From assembly GCA_019247495.1 (NCBI GenBank), contig JAFAOU010000104.1, forward strand, positions 14,350-78,349: 64,000 bases of DNA, read 5' to 3'. The notes under the pieces were generated by a model. The model ran no database searches. It saw nothing but the letters and a program-made list of their open reading frames with translations, and was not told the DNA's origin. The DNA comes from Acidobacteriota bacterium (lineage in GTDB: Bacteria; Acidobacteriota; Thermoanaerobaculia; Gp7-AA8). Of the stretch, positions 1 through 10,211 are shown in pieces; the first letter of the stretch is position 1, and every line of letters begins with the position of its first letter. A program made the translations under genes and the position numbers.

Positions 1-203
1 GTTGTTCCAACGCGGCATCCAGGAAATCCTGGTCCAGCGTGCCTGCGATCGCGTCGAGCCAGTCCCACGTCTCCGGGATGGGTTCGAGGATGATTTGTCG
101 CCCTCGTTTTTTAAGGCGCACCTCTCGCGCGTCGACGCGAAAATCCTTCGGCAGTCTCACTGCCTGCGATCGGCCCGACCAGAACACTTTCGCTGTCTCC
201 ATG
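1..203 (-). CDS. AbrB/MazE/VapB-type antitoxin (SpoVT-AbrB fold), 3'-truncated by window edge
   Basis: Minus-strand ATG at 203 translates to METAKVFWSGRSQAVRLPKDFRVDAREVRLKKRGRQIILEPIPETWDWLDAIAGTLDQDFLDAALEQ, a typical VapB/MazE antitoxin N-terminus. It is not in the ORF track because it runs off the edge. Confidence 0.5.
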
Positions 204-260
204 ATTCACCTCGTGAGATATACGAATGAGATATAGCACGCTTCCCGGGTAGCCACAACT

Positions 261-1142
261 TCACAACTCGTCGATCGACTTCGGCCAGTCGCTGTGCAGC
301 AGTCTTGACAGCGCGCGGTCGGCAAGGAGCTTCCCGCCGGTCTGGCAGCGGGCGCAGTAATTCGTTTCGTTTTCGGAGTAGACGATGTGCTGGATCGGGG
401 TGCCGCAGTCGGGACACGGTTTTCCGTAACGGCCGTGGACGGCGAAGTCGGGGCGGAAGGCGGTGACTTTTTCCGGGAACTTATCGACCGCTTCGTCGCG
501 CAGACGGTCCGTCCATTCCGTCAGCGTGCGCCGCGTCGCGACGTAGAGCCGCGTGATCTCCTCCTCGGAAAGGTTCGTGGTCAATTGCACGGGCGAGAGG
601 CGGGCGCGGTGAAGGATCTCGTCCGAGTAGGCATTGCCGATGCCGCTGAAAACGTGCGGATCGGTCAGTGTTCGCTTCAACGTGTGGCGCTCGCGGGTGA
701 GGGCGTCGCGGAACTCTTCGAACGAAATGTCGAGAGGTTCGATACCGCCTGGATCGTGCGCGCGGACGGCTTCCTCCCCTCGAACAATATGAATTGACGC
801 TCTCCGTTTCGATCCGGCCTCGGTCAGTAGCAGCGTGCCGTTGGGGAAATCGAACGCGGCTAGTCCCAGTTTGCCTGGAATCTTCGCGCCGGACGGCAGC
901 CATTTGAAACGGCCGGCGATCATCAGATGGATGACGATGGAGAGATCGGATTCGAGTCCGATCACGACTCGCTTGCCGAGGCGGCGAACGTCGACGACCC
1001 GTTTGCCTGCGAGGTCCGAGGGCGGCGGATCGACGGTGCGCAGCACGAACGGATTGCCGAGGCGGAGCTTGACCAGCGGCTGATCCGCGATGCGTTTCGC
1101 GATCGCCTCGACGTATACGGTAACGTCCGGCAGCTCAGGCAT
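261..1142 (-). CDS. Fpg/Nei family DNA glycosylase/AP lyase
   Basis: N-terminal MPELPDV catalytic Pro/Glu signature, H2TH region, and a C-terminal CxxC...CxxC zinc finger (CPDCGTPI...CARCQ). Confidence 0.85.
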   Translation of the reverse strand: MPELPDVTVYVEAIAKRIADQPLVKLRLGNPFVLRTVDPPPSDLAGKRVVDVRRLGKRVVIGLESDLSIVIHLMIAGRFKWLPSGAKIPGKLGLAAFDFPNGTLLLTEAGSKRRASIHIVRGEEAVRAHDPGGIEPLDISFEEFRDALTRERHTLKRTLTDPHVFSGIGNAYSDEILHRARLSPVQLTTNLSEEEITRLYVATRRTLTEWTDRLRDEAVDKFPEKVTAFRPDFAVHGRYGKPCPDCGTPIQHIVYSENETNYCARCQTGGKLLADRALSRLLHSDWPKSIDEL

Positions 1143-1186
1143 TGAACGGGGATTATCGCGGCTCCGTTCGCTTTTATCGACCGTAC

Positions 1187-1738
1187 ATGCGCAACGCTCT
1201 CAGGCTGCTCCTCGCCGGCATCGCTGTCTGCGCGTTCTTCACGGGACGTTCGGTGGCGGTTGAACCGCGCGTCAGCGTTTCCACGGAGCCGGTTGCATCG
1301 GGTGGGATCGTCATTCCAGTAGCTGGCGTTGCGAAAGCGGCGTTGCGCGATGACTTCGACAACATCCACAGTGGACATCCGCATCACGCCATCGACATCC
1401 TTGCGCCACGCGGGACGCCGGTGCTTGCGGCGGTCGACGGCACGATCCGCAAACTCTTCGACAGCCGTGCCGGCGGATTGACGATCTACGAATTCGACGT
1501 TGCAACCGAGAAGAGCTATTACTACGCGCATCTCGATTCGTATGCGGACGACGTCACCGAAGGGATGCGTGTGCGGCAGGGCGACGTGATCGGCTACGTC
1601 GGCACGACCGGAAACGCGCCGGCGAATACACCGCATCTCCACTTCGCAATCACGCTCCTGCCGCCGGACAAGGCGTGGTCGAAAGGCGACGCCATCGATC
1701 CCTATCCGATCCTGGTCGCGCGCGGCGTCACGCGCTGA
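1187..1738 (+). CDS. M23 family metallopeptidase (LytM domain), secreted
   Basis: HxxxD (HHAIDIL) and HLHF motifs of the M23/LytM family. Start at internal Met 1187 gives a signal peptide (MRNALRLLLAGIAVCAFF). Confidence 0.8.
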   Translation: MRNALRLLLAGIAVCAFFTGRSVAVEPRVSVSTEPVASGGIVIPVAGVAKAALRDDFDNIHSGHPHHAIDILAPRGTPVLAAVDGTIRKLFDSRAGGLTIYEFDVATEKSYYYAHLDSYADDVTEGMRVRQGDVIGYVGTTGNAPANTPHLHFAITLLPPDKAWSKGDAIDPYPILVARGVTR

Positions 1739-2599
1739 TTACGAAACGCGCTTCAGCGCCTCCGCGACGTCCTTCTGACTCGGATTGAGCTTCAGCGACG
1801 CCTGGAAGCTGGCTTTCGCCTCCGCTTTCTTTCCCTGCTTTTCGAAAATCTGTCCGAGCCAGTAATGGGCGCGGGCAAGAGGGGGCTCGCCGGATTTCGG
1901 CGTGTATGTGAGGTACTTGCGCAGCGCTTCTTCGCCCTTCGCGTAGTTGGAACTGGTGAGAACGGCGCCCTGTCCGATCCGGAAATAGGCGGGCATGTAG
2001 GTGGGCTCGACTCTGAGCGCCGTTTCAAACTCGTCGTTTGCGGCCTTGAAGTTCTTTTCAAGGACGTAAGTGACGGCGACGTCGATATGTGCCCGCGCCG
2101 AATTCGGGTACTCCCGAACCTCGACCAGGTACTCATTTCGTGCCTCCACCGGCTTTTTCTGCTGCGTGTAGATGAATGCCGCGGAGCGGTGCGCCATCAG
2201 CGGATCGCGCTTCTTGATCTCAGCGACCTGCGCGAAGGCTTTCTCGTAACTGCCGCCGATGATGCCCGGAGCCATCGTGTAGAACTCGACGAGGCCGTTG
2301 CGCGCGTCGAGGTTGTTCGGATCGAGTGCGACAGCCTTCTCGAACTCGTCCTTGGTTTTTCCCGCGAGCGAAGCCTGACCGAAGATGCTCGCTTTCTGCG
2401 CCTGTGTTCCGTAGGCGGTGCCGAGCAGGTAGTGCGCTTCGGAGCTTTTCGGATTCTGCGCGACCGCTTTTTCGAGCAAAGCCGCCGCGGCGTCGGGGTC
2501 ATTGCGGTTCATGGCGGCGCGGCCTTGTTCGATCAGCGATGTTTGGGCGAGCAGAGGAAGGGCAATGAATACCGCGAGCACAGCCAGAAATGGTCGCAT
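1739..2599 (-). CDS. tetratricopeptide-repeat protein, secreted
   Basis: Signal peptide MRPFLAVLAVFIALPLLAQ followed by multiple TPR-like 34-aa units (AHYLLGTAY..., ALDPNN...). Confidence 0.75.
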   Translation of the reverse strand: MRPFLAVLAVFIALPLLAQTSLIEQGRAAMNRNDPDAAAALLEKAVAQNPKSSEAHYLLGTAYGTQAQKASIFGQASLAGKTKDEFEKAVALDPNNLDARNGLVEFYTMAPGIIGGSYEKAFAQVAEIKKRDPLMAHRSAAFIYTQQKKPVEARNEYLVEVREYPNSARAHIDVAVTYVLEKNFKAANDEFETALRVEPTYMPAYFRIGQGAVLTSSNYAKGEEALRKYLTYTPKSGEPPLARAHYWLGQIFEKQGKKAEAKASFQASLKLNPSQKDVAEALKRVS

Positions 2600-2661
2600 G
2601 AACCCTTGTACGCGATTTGCGTAGGAGAGGTTTCGCTCGGCTAGAATGCCGGCTCTTTTCG

Positions 2662-4596
2662 ATGACTGAAGCGACGATTGAAGCCCGCGCAACCGTTCCG
2701 ATTTACGACGCCGCTGCGCTGAACGCTGCTGCTGAAGACGCGCTGTCCGAGGCGCGCCGCCGGCTGGCGGTCATCGAGCGGCTGCCGCTCGAGGCGGTGA
2801 CGCCGGAATCGGTGCTCGACGCATGGGACGGCATCGCCATGACGATCGAGGACGCGTACGGCGCGATCTCGCTGCTCAACAGCGTCCATCCCGACGCCAG
2901 CGTGCGCGATGCCGGCGACCGCGCGCTGATCGAAGAGTCGGTCTTTATGACCGAACTCTTTCAGAACGAGCAGTTGTACGAGCGCGTGCGCCGCGTCGTG
3001 CCGCGGACGAATGCGCAGAAGCAGTTGCAGAAGGACTTGCTCGAAGCATTCGAAGACAGCGGCGTGTCGCTGCCGGCGGAGAAGCGGGATCGATTCAAGG
3101 CGATCTCCGAGCGGATCACGGAGCTGGCGCAGGAGTTCAGCAAGAACATCCGCGAGAACAAGACCGTGGTCACGTTCACGCCGGAGGAGTGCGAGGGCCT
3201 GCCGCAGTCGTACCTCGACCGCGTGCCGCGCGATGAGCGCGGCAACATCGTGGTCGGCTTCGACTATCCCGACTACGTGCCGTTCATGTCGAATGCGTCG
3301 AATGCCGAGGCGCGGAAGCGGTACTACGTCGCGAACATGAATCGCGGCACCGATCGCAATCTCGAAATCCTCGACGAGATCGTGGCCATGCGAAAAGAGA
3401 TCGCCGATTTATACGAAGTGCCGAGCTTTGCGCACTACGTCACGAAGCGGCGCATGGTCGAGAATCCGGAGACCGTCTCGCGCTTTCTCGATGAAGTGAA
3501 GAATGGCGTGACGGAGGCCGAGCTCAGCGATCTCCGGCAACTCGCGGCATTCAAAGCGGAACTGACCGGCGCGCCCATCGAACAGTCCAGGATCGAGCGC
3601 TGGGACGTCGTCTACTACCGCGAACGGTTGCGCGAACAACGTTACGCCGTCGATCAGGAAGCGCTGCGCCATTACCTGCCGACGCTCCCGACGCTGCACT
3701 GGATGCTCGACATAACCGAGCGCCTTTACGGCATCTCGTTCAGCGCCGCGACGGTGCCGGTGTGGCACGACGATGTGATTTATTACGACGTCGATGACGC
3801 CGCAACGGGCGAGCGCCTCGGCGGCATCTACCTCGATCTCTACCCGCGCGCCGACAAGTACAAACATGCCGCCGCCTGGCCGGTGCGCGGCGTGTCGCGC
3901 AAGGCGGGGCGCAAGCCGATCAGCGTTCTGGTCACGAACTTCGATCGCGTCGGGTTGACGCATAGCGAGTTGGAAACGCTGCTGCACGAATTCGGGCACG
4001 TCATGCACGGCGTGTTGTCGCAGACCGAGTACAACCAGCACTCCGGCACGAGTGTGGAGCGCGATTTCGTCGAGGCGCCCTCGCAGATGTACGAGGAGTG
4101 GGCCAGCCGGACGGAGAGTCTGGCGTTGATGCGCAATCACTGCACGACCTGTCCGATGATCGACGAGTCGCTTGTGCAGCGCATCCGCGCGGCGAAGAAA
4201 TTCGGAGCCGGTATTGATTACGGCCGCCAGCTTCTCTACGCCAGCTTCGACATGGCCCTTTCCGGCGAGCAGCCGCGGAAGTCGATCGAGCTCTGGCGCG
4301 AGATGGAAGGAGCGACGCCGATGGGTTATGTCGATGGCACCTCCTTCCCCGGCACGTTCGAACACATCGCCAGCGGCTACGCGGCCGGCTACTACGGTTA
4401 CATGTGGGCGAAGGTGATCGCGCTCGATCTGATCTCGGCGTTTGGCTCCAACGTGATGAATGAAGCGACGGGCCGCCGCTTTCGCGAGTTGATCCTTTCG
4501 CGGGGCAGCGAAGAGCCTGCCCGCGATCTCGTCGAACGTTTCCTCGGCCGCCCCGTTTCGAGCGATGCGTTTTTCGCAGAGATTCGCGGCGAATAG
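2662..4596 (+). CDS. M3 family oligopeptidase (Dcp/oligopeptidase A-like)
   Basis: HEFGH zinc-binding motif (LLHEFGHVMHGVL), ~640 aa, with the overall M3 architecture. Confidence 0.85.
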   Translation: MTEATIEARATVPIYDAAALNAAAEDALSEARRRLAVIERLPLEAVTPESVLDAWDGIAMTIEDAYGAISLLNSVHPDASVRDAGDRALIEESVFMTELFQNEQLYERVRRVVPRTNAQKQLQKDLLEAFEDSGVSLPAEKRDRFKAISERITELAQEFSKNIRENKTVVTFTPEECEGLPQSYLDRVPRDERGNIVVGFDYPDYVPFMSNASNAEARKRYYVANMNRGTDRNLEILDEIVAMRKEIADLYEVPSFAHYVTKRRMVENPETVSRFLDEVKNGVTEAELSDLRQLAAFKAELTGAPIEQSRIERWDVVYYRERLREQRYAVDQEALRHYLPTLPTLHWMLDITERLYGISFSAATVPVWHDDVIYYDVDDAATGERLGGIYLDLYPRADKYKHAAAWPVRGVSRKAGRKPISVLVTNFDRVGLTHSELETLLHEFGHVMHGVLSQTEYNQHSGTSVERDFVEAPSQMYEEWASRTESLALMRNHCTTCPMIDESLVQRIRAAKKFGAGIDYGRQLLYASFDMALSGEQPRKSIELWREMEGATPMGYVDGTSFPGTFEHIASGYAAGYYGYMWAKVIALDLISAFGSNVMNEATGRRFRELILSRGSEEPARDLVERFLGRPVSSDAFFAEIRGE

Positions 4597-4759
4597 ACTT
4601 ACGCGGCCAAGGGTTGTATCGTGAGCACCTTGAGGAACCTTCCTCAACCTTCAGGCCGCCTGAGCTGAGTCAGCGCTTCTGAACCTCAATCTTCTTAGCA
4701 AACGAACTTTTTGCGCTGCCGCTCGAAGTGTGCCGCCGAAAAGAGCAGGAGTAATCCCA

Positions 4760-5029
4760 ATGAAAGTCTATTTTGGAAATCTGCCCCGCGACATCGATGA
4801 CGCGAAGCTCGGCGAGATCGTGAAGCCGTACGGCGCCGCGACCTCGGCGGAAGTCGTCAAGGATCGCGTCACCGGCGCTTCGAAGGGTTTTGCCTTCGTC
4901 GAGTTTGCCACCGACGCCGAAGCGCAGGCCACCATCACCGCGCTGAACGGCAAGGACATGAACGGCCATGCCGTCGTCGTCAACGAAGCGAAATCGAAGA
5001 AAGACGCACCGAAAGCTGCAGCGGTCTAA
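4760..5029 (+). CDS. RNA-binding protein with RRM domain
   Basis: RNP-2 (KVYFGNL) and RNP-1 (KGFAFVEF) motifs. RBS AGCAGGAG upstream of ATG 4760. Confidence 0.85.
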   Translation: MKVYFGNLPRDIDDAKLGEIVKPYGAATSAEVVKDRVTGASKGFAFVEFATDAEAQATITALNGKDMNGHAVVVNEAKSKKDAPKAAAV

Positions 5030-5048
5030 CCCCCAACAAGGAGCTTGC

Positions 5049-5267
5049 ATGACGAACGTGTTGAAACCGAAGCGCGCCCCCAAAGTCACTGTCTCCGAAA
5101 GCAATATCAAGAAATCGGCGATGCGGCTGATGCAGCGTCCGCTGGTCTCACCCGAGGTGCAGTACATCCAGCGCGTCCTCGGCGCTACGGCAACGCAGGA
5201 AGCGGTCGACGAAAAAGTGATCGCAGTCCGCAAGCTGCCGTGGTCAAGCATCGTCGCTCCGGAGTAG
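5049..5267 (+). CDS. small hypothetical protein (72 aa)
   Basis: AAGGAG RBS 6 nt upstream of ATG 5049; GC3-rich frame; no recognizable domain. Confidence 0.45.
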   Translation: MTNVLKPKRAPKVTVSESNIKKSAMRLMQRPLVSPEVQYIQRVLGATATQEAVDEKVIAVRKLPWSSIVAPE

Positions 5268-5270
5268 GGA

Positions 5271-6647
5271 TCACCGCATCGCGCTGATTTCTACCTCCGC
5301 GCTGCCGGTCGCGAGCACGTGCAGGACGATGCCGTTCGGGTCGAGCACTACGGTGCCCGGCTCGATGGCGTCGACGCGGCCGCGCATCATCACTCCCGAT
5401 GCGAGCGGCCGCGTTACCGCGCGTGCGATCTCGTCGCGCAACGCGTCGATCTGTGGCGCGACCGACCAGTGCGCCGCGTTCGCCAGCGTCGTGCGCAGTT
5501 GATCGTGAGCAACGCGGTTGGCGATGCGCAGGAACGGATTCTTCCGGCGTGGATCGAGCGAATAGTCGAGATTCGTCAGCGTCAGCGTGCGCGTGGCGGG
5601 ATCGAAGACCGGAGTCGCCTCGAGAAAAACGAGCCCGCTGTAATGCTTCAGGAATGAGGCGTGATAGTCGACGTCGATCTCGATCGACACGCGTCCGTTC
5701 GCCGCGGGAGCCGCGCCGAGGCGGATGGAACGGACTGCGACGCCTTCGTAGGTTCGGTTCGCGAAGTTCTCCATCATCAAGCGTGTGGCCTCTTCGTACG
5801 GAACCTCGATGTCGAACGGAACGCGGATCCCGCCGTTCGGTGCCTGCGCTACGCGTAAGGCCGGCAGCGGACGTGGCGCCACCGGCGGACGTTCGCCAAC
5901 GACTACGCGCGTGCGTGCCCGCAACGTCAGCACGCTGGTGAGCGAGAGACCGGCGCCGGCGATCGGGCCGAGGGCGACGTCGGCCGGTTCCATCACCAGC
6001 CACGTGCGCGGCGCGAGGAGCACGGGCGCCTGCAGCGACGACCACACCTGTTCCGCGATCGGACGGATGTTCGTGAGCTTCGGTGTATTCGCATCGATCG
6101 TCCTGACCGCCTGGCGCAATTGGTCGTTGACGATCGGCGCGATTTTCCAGTCGGTGATGTCGATGTTCGCGAAGGTGACCTTGCACCGATTCGAGGAGAA
6201 GTCGACCGGCTGCGCCCGCGTGGTGGAGCGGAGACGCCAGTTCGCATCCCAGTCCAGGTGGGACGAGAGCGAAATCCACGCGTCGCGCATCGGCTCGCCG
6301 AATCCGCAGGAGATGCACGGCCACATCACGATCTCGCCCGTGAACGGCTTTTGCGTCCGGCGGCAACCTTCCAGCGAGTAGTGGACGGTGGTCATCGCGT
6401 GAATGCCGCTGCCGATGACGTTGAGCGCGATCGGATCGCGGACGACGCGGTACTTCATCCCGAACTGTTTCTGCGGATCGAGCTCGTAGGTGTCGAGCTT
6501 CTCGAGACTCTTCGGCACCTGCGTCTCGAGTTGCGGCAGTAGCGGCGCGAGCGAGGTGCGGATCGGGATGACGATCGTCGACAACTCGGCGGGCGGCGGC
6601 GGTGCGGTTGGGAGTGTGGCGGCGAGAAAGAGGTAAGGGATGAGCAT
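5271..6647 (-). CDS. secreted hypothetical protein, possibly DUF4403-like
   Basis: Signal peptide MLIPYLFLAATLP from internal Met 6647; 458 aa with strong coding bias. Family assignment is from memory only. Confidence 0.55.
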   Translation of the reverse strand: MLIPYLFLAATLPTAPPPPAELSTIVIPIRTSLAPLLPQLETQVPKSLEKLDTYELDPQKQFGMKYRVVRDPIALNVIGSGIHAMTTVHYSLEGCRRTQKPFTGEIVMWPCISCGFGEPMRDAWISLSSHLDWDANWRLRSTTRAQPVDFSSNRCKVTFANIDITDWKIAPIVNDQLRQAVRTIDANTPKLTNIRPIAEQVWSSLQAPVLLAPRTWLVMEPADVALGPIAGAGLSLTSVLTLRARTRVVVGERPPVAPRPLPALRVAQAPNGGIRVPFDIEVPYEEATRLMMENFANRTYEGVAVRSIRLGAAPAANGRVSIEIDVDYHASFLKHYSGLVFLEATPVFDPATRTLTLTNLDYSLDPRRKNPFLRIANRVAHDQLRTTLANAAHWSVAPQIDALRDEIARAVTRPLASGVMMRGRVDAIEPGTVVLDPNGIVLHVLATGSAEVEISAMR

Positions 6648-6691
6648 CGTCTGAGGATTTCGGAATGATAAAGTCACAAACCGAGCCAGCA

Positions 6692-7075
6692 ATGTCCGAT
6701 ACCACCACCCGAGGGATTCGCATCCAGGTAGAAAGCACGTATGTCGAGGAGCGGAGCGACCCGCAGGAAAGTTACTTCTTCTTCGCCTACCACGTCGTAA
6801 TCTCGAATGAGGGAAGCGAGACGGCGCAGCTCATCAGTCGCGAATGGCTCATCACCGACTCGGACGGCAACATGGAGCGCGTTCAGGGTGCGGGCGTGAT
6901 CGGCGAGACGCCGCTGCTCGGGCCGGGACAGAGTTTCGAATACACGAGCTTCTGTCCGCTGCGGACGTCGATGGGCTCGATGCAGGGCGGGTACACGATG
7001 AGGCTGGCGAACGGCGAAACGTTCCGCGCGGAAATCGAGCCGTTCACTCTCGCTGTTCCGGGCGTTGTCAACTGA
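6692..7075 (+). CDS. apaG: ApaG (DUF525) protein
   Basis: MSDTTTRGIRIQVESTYVEERSDP...FFFAYHVVISNEG is the canonical ApaG signature. Confidence 0.85.
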   Translation: MSDTTTRGIRIQVESTYVEERSDPQESYFFFAYHVVISNEGSETAQLISREWLITDSDGNMERVQGAGVIGETPLLGPGQSFEYTSFCPLRTSMGSMQGGYTMRLANGETFRAEIEPFTLAVPGVVN

Positions 7076-8666
7076 AAGGTATCGCGTGCGCCGGCGAGTC
7101 CAGATCTCGTTTCTCTCCGTTTTCCTGACGATGCTGACCGTCGCATTTGCGACGGCGTTGATGGTTCGCGTCCGGTCGTACAGCGTCACAACGGCCACGG
7201 AATCCGCCGCTTCGTCAACCACCGCGGCGACCGCTTCCGCGGCGCAGCGATCGAAGGCGTCACCAGTGTCATTCGAGCCGTTGCCGGCACAGGGCACGAC
7301 GATGACGACGTCATCCGTGCCTGTGGCCACGACGTCGTCCGCCGCCGCCACCACGCGGGCGCAGCGATTCCGCGAATTGCTCGCCGCCGGCATCTCCGCC
7401 ATCGCGCCGTCCGCCGCCCCGGCGGCGCACGAGCTGGCGGCGCCGCCGAAACCTGTTGCAACTCCGCCGCAGACGAAGCCGCCCGCGCCGGTCTCGAGGC
7501 CTTCCACGCGCCCGCAGGGAAGCATGGCGGGAGGAAGCGCAGCGGGCGGTTCCAATCAACCCGGAATCAGCAACGAAAACAAGCCGAAGCCTCCCTCGAA
7601 CGACCCACGCGATCCGAACTCTGACACGGCGCCGCCGCAACTCCTCTCGATCGTCTTCGATCCGCCTGCGGTGCAGGACGGAGGTGACACAACGCTCGTC
7701 GTCACGGCCACCGACGATCTCTCCGGCATTCGCGGAATCTCAGGCACACTCACCAGCCCGAACGGCAAGGCGGTGCAGGGGTTCGCGCAGCAGCGCGAAG
7801 GCGAGACGATGCGCTACACGAGCCGCATCCATATCCCCGAGAAAGCGGAAGAGGGATTGTGGAAGGTCAGCTTTCTGACGATGAGCGACATGGCCACGAA
7901 TTCGGTCACGCTCAGCGCCGCGCAAGGGACGCTGCCGCCGACGGCCCTGCTGAAAGTGAGCTCGTCCGCGTCCGACTCGACCGCGCCGACGCTGCGCAAC
8001 GTCTGGCTCGAACGCCGGGCCATGCGCGCCGGCGAGCACAACACGCTGTTTGTGGACGCGCTCGACGAAAAATCGGGCATCCATCTCGTGGCCGCCGTCT
8101 TTCTCAGTCCATCGAAACTGGCCCGGTTCGGCGTCGGCTGCCAGAAAGGTGCGAACGACATCTATCAGTGCGACGTCTTCCCGCCGCAATGCCTCGACTG
8201 CGGCGATTGGACGCTCGAGCAGGTGCAGATGCAGGACAACGCGAACAATTTCGCCACCGTCCGGGCAGAAAATCCGACCGTGGCCGCGATCCGACTGAAC
8301 ATCACCGGCGATAGCTGCGACAACACGCCGCCCGCGTTGCAGGGTCTCCAGCTGAGCCGCGCCGAAATCTTTATGGGACGCGACGAGCCGGTCATCGAAG
8401 TCATCGCCCAGGTTACCGACGACAGCTGCGGCATCGGCGGCGTCAGCGGTCAGGTGGTCGGACCAGGCAGCAGCTCCAGCGGCACGTTCTTCTCGTTCCA
8501 GCAGCGCGACGGGAACACCTACGTCGGCACGATCCGTCTGCACGCGAATTCAGCGCGCGGCGTGTGGCGCGTGCAGTCGGTGACCGTGAACGACAAGGGC
8601 CAGAACCTGAAGATCTACTACTCGAATGATCCGCTGCTGGCGCGGGCTTCGTTCACGGTGAAGTAG
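7065..8666 (+). CDS. membrane-anchored or secreted protein with Ser/Thr/Pro-rich linker and three tandem ~115-aa repeats
   Basis: N-terminal hydrophobic segment and low-complexity A/S/T/P region, then three related units, each starting with an Asp-rich SGI(R/H)/CGIGG motif (DDLSGIRGISG / DEKSGIHLVA / DDSCGIGGVSG). No known domain recognized. Confidence 0.6.
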   Translation: MSTERYRVRRRVQISFLSVFLTMLTVAFATALMVRVRSYSVTTATESAASSTTAATASAAQRSKASPVSFEPLPAQGTTMTTSSVPVATTSSAAATTRAQRFRELLAAGISAIAPSAAPAAHELAAPPKPVATPPQTKPPAPVSRPSTRPQGSMAGGSAAGGSNQPGISNENKPKPPSNDPRDPNSDTAPPQLLSIVFDPPAVQDGGDTTLVVTATDDLSGIRGISGTLTSPNGKAVQGFAQQREGETMRYTSRIHIPEKAEEGLWKVSFLTMSDMATNSVTLSAAQGTLPPTALLKVSSSASDSTAPTLRNVWLERRAMRAGEHNTLFVDALDEKSGIHLVAAVFLSPSKLARFGVGCQKGANDIYQCDVFPPQCLDCGDWTLEQVQMQDNANNFATVRAENPTVAAIRLNITGDSCDNTPPALQGLQLSRAEIFMGRDEPVIEVIAQVTDDSCGIGGVSGQVVGPGSSSSGTFFSFQQRDGNTYVGTIRLHANSARGVWRVQSVTVNDKGQNLKIYYSNDPLLARASFTVK

Positions 8667-8728
8667 TAGGGAGAGCGAGTCCGCGGAGAGAAGAGCGCAA
8701 GTGCCGGACGGAGGACGTCCGGCGACCG

Positions 8729-8923
8729 TTAGCGCGCGGCTTTGGCGATCTTGCCGGTACGGATGCAGCGGGTGCAGACGTTCATCCGCTTCACCGCCGA
8801 GCCGACCATCACGCGGACGCGCTGCAGATTCGGCAGCCAGCGTCTGCTGGAAACATTGTGGGCATGGCTGACCCGGTTACCGAACACGGGCGCCTTGCCG
8901 CAAACTTCGCACATCTTTGCCAT
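8729..8923 (-). CDS. rpmB: 50S ribosomal protein L28
   Basis: MAKMCEVCGKAPVFGNRVSHAHNVSSRRWLPNLQRVR... is a diagnostic L28 sequence. Confidence 0.9.
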   Translation of the reverse strand: MAKMCEVCGKAPVFGNRVSHAHNVSSRRWLPNLQRVRVMVGSAVKRMNVCTRCIRTGKIAKAAR

Positions 8924-9056
8924 CGATAGACTCCTCAAAACTCAAATAACGCCAGGGGGGCGGGATTGTACCGGCCGGGCCGGTTCGGCGCAACCACGCG
9001 GCACCGAGACGGCCTCGTGTTCGCGTAATCTGCTGATAAATCTAAATGCTGTAGAG

Positions 9057-9085
9057 TTGACACTCACCTTTAAAGGTTGTAATTT
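9057..9085 (+). promoter_or_regulatory. candidate sigma70-type promoter for pilMNOPQ
   Basis: TTGACA (9057-9062), 17-nt spacer, TAATTT (9080-9085), ~65 nt upstream of pilM. Confidence 0.35.
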
Positions 9086-9149
9086 CACTCGACTTTCCAC
9101 ATTCTGGAGCCGCAGCCTGAGAAGTGAGTGGGTGAGATGGACGGGGTGA

Positions 9150-10211
9150 GTGGTGTTCTTCTCAAAGAGCAAAAATGTCGTTGGTCTCGATATCGGCTCC
9201 TCAGCCGTAAAACTCGTTGAGCTGAAGGAGAAGAAGGGCGGCGCGTTCCAGCTGGTGAAGCTTGGAATCGAGCACCTTTCTCCGGAAGCGATCGTCGACG
9301 GGTCGATCATGGACTCGTCGCTGGTCGTGGAGACGATCTCGCGGCTCAACACCGGCAAAAACATCAAGAATTCCAATTACGCGACCTCCCTTTCCGGCCA
9401 CTCCGTCATCATCAAAAAGATCACCCTCCCTGCGATGTCGCCGGAGGAGCTGGCCGAGTCGATCCAGTGGGAGGCCGAGCAGTACATCCCCTTCGATATC
9501 AACGACGTAAACCTCGACTACGTCCCCCTCAACACGCCCGGCTCCGGCGACAACATCGACGTCATCCTCGTTGCCGTGAAGAAGGAAAAGATCAACGACT
9601 ACACCTCGGTGATCAGCCAGACCGGCAAGGTGCCGGTGCTCGTCGACGTCGACGCCTTCGCACTTCAGAACGCCTACGAGATGAACTACGCGATCGACGA
9701 CTCGAAAGTCCTCGCGCTCGTCAACGTCGGCGCCTCGGTCACAAACGTCAACGTCCTTTCCGGCGCCACGTCGCTCTTCTGGCGCGACATCACCTTCGGC
9801 GGCAATCAGTACACGGATGCGATTCAGCGCGAGCTGAGCTTGTCGTTCGAGCAGGCCGAGGAGCTGAAGAAGGGGCGGCAGGCGGGCGACTACAGCATCC
9901 AGCAGGTCATCCCTATCCTGAACTCCGTCAGCGAAGACTTCGCCGGCGAGTTGCGCAAGACCCTCGACTTTTTCACGGCAACCTCGGGCGCCGACCGTGT
10001 GGACGAGATCGTCCTCGCAGGCGGCGGTTCGGGGGTCCTGAACCTCGACGCCATCCTCCGCGACAAGTTCGGGATCCCGGTGGCGATCATGGATCCCTTC
10101 CAGAAGATCACCGTCGATGAAAAAGAATTCAACCCCGAGGAGCTCGCCGACGTTGGGCCGAGCATGGCCATCGCCGTAGGGCTGGCCCTCCGGAAGCTGG
10201 GGGATGCTTGA
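9150..10211 (+). CDS. pilM: type IV pilus assembly ATPase-like protein PilM
   Basis: Actin-like ATPase fold with an N-terminal VGLDIGSSAVKLVEL motif; first gene of the pilMNOPQ order. Confidence 0.9.
   Translation: MVFFSKSKNVVGLDIGSSAVKLVELKEKKGGAFQLVKLGIEHLSPEAIVDGSIMDSSLVVETISRLNTGKNIKNSNYATSLSGHSVIIKKITLPAMSPEELAESIQWEAEQYIPFDINDVNLDYVPLNTPGSGDNIDVILVAVKKEKINDYTSVISQTGKVPVLVDVDAFALQNAYEMNYAIDDSKVLALVNVGASVTNVNVLSGATSLFWRDITFGGNQYTDAIQRELSLSFEQAEELKKGRQAGDYSIQQVIPILNSVSEDFAGELRKTLDFFTATSGADRVDEIVLAGGGSGVLNLDAILRDKFGIPVAIMDPFQKITVDEKEFNPEELADVGPSMAIAVGLALRKLGDA

Noticed and set aside
5185-6738. 517-aa ORF on the minus strand overlapping the DUF4403-like gene in another frame
   Set aside because: Arg/Ala/Gly-dominated low-complexity translation, typical of an off-frame read through high-GC coding DNA. 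The alternative frame (5271-6647) has a signal peptide and protein-like composition.
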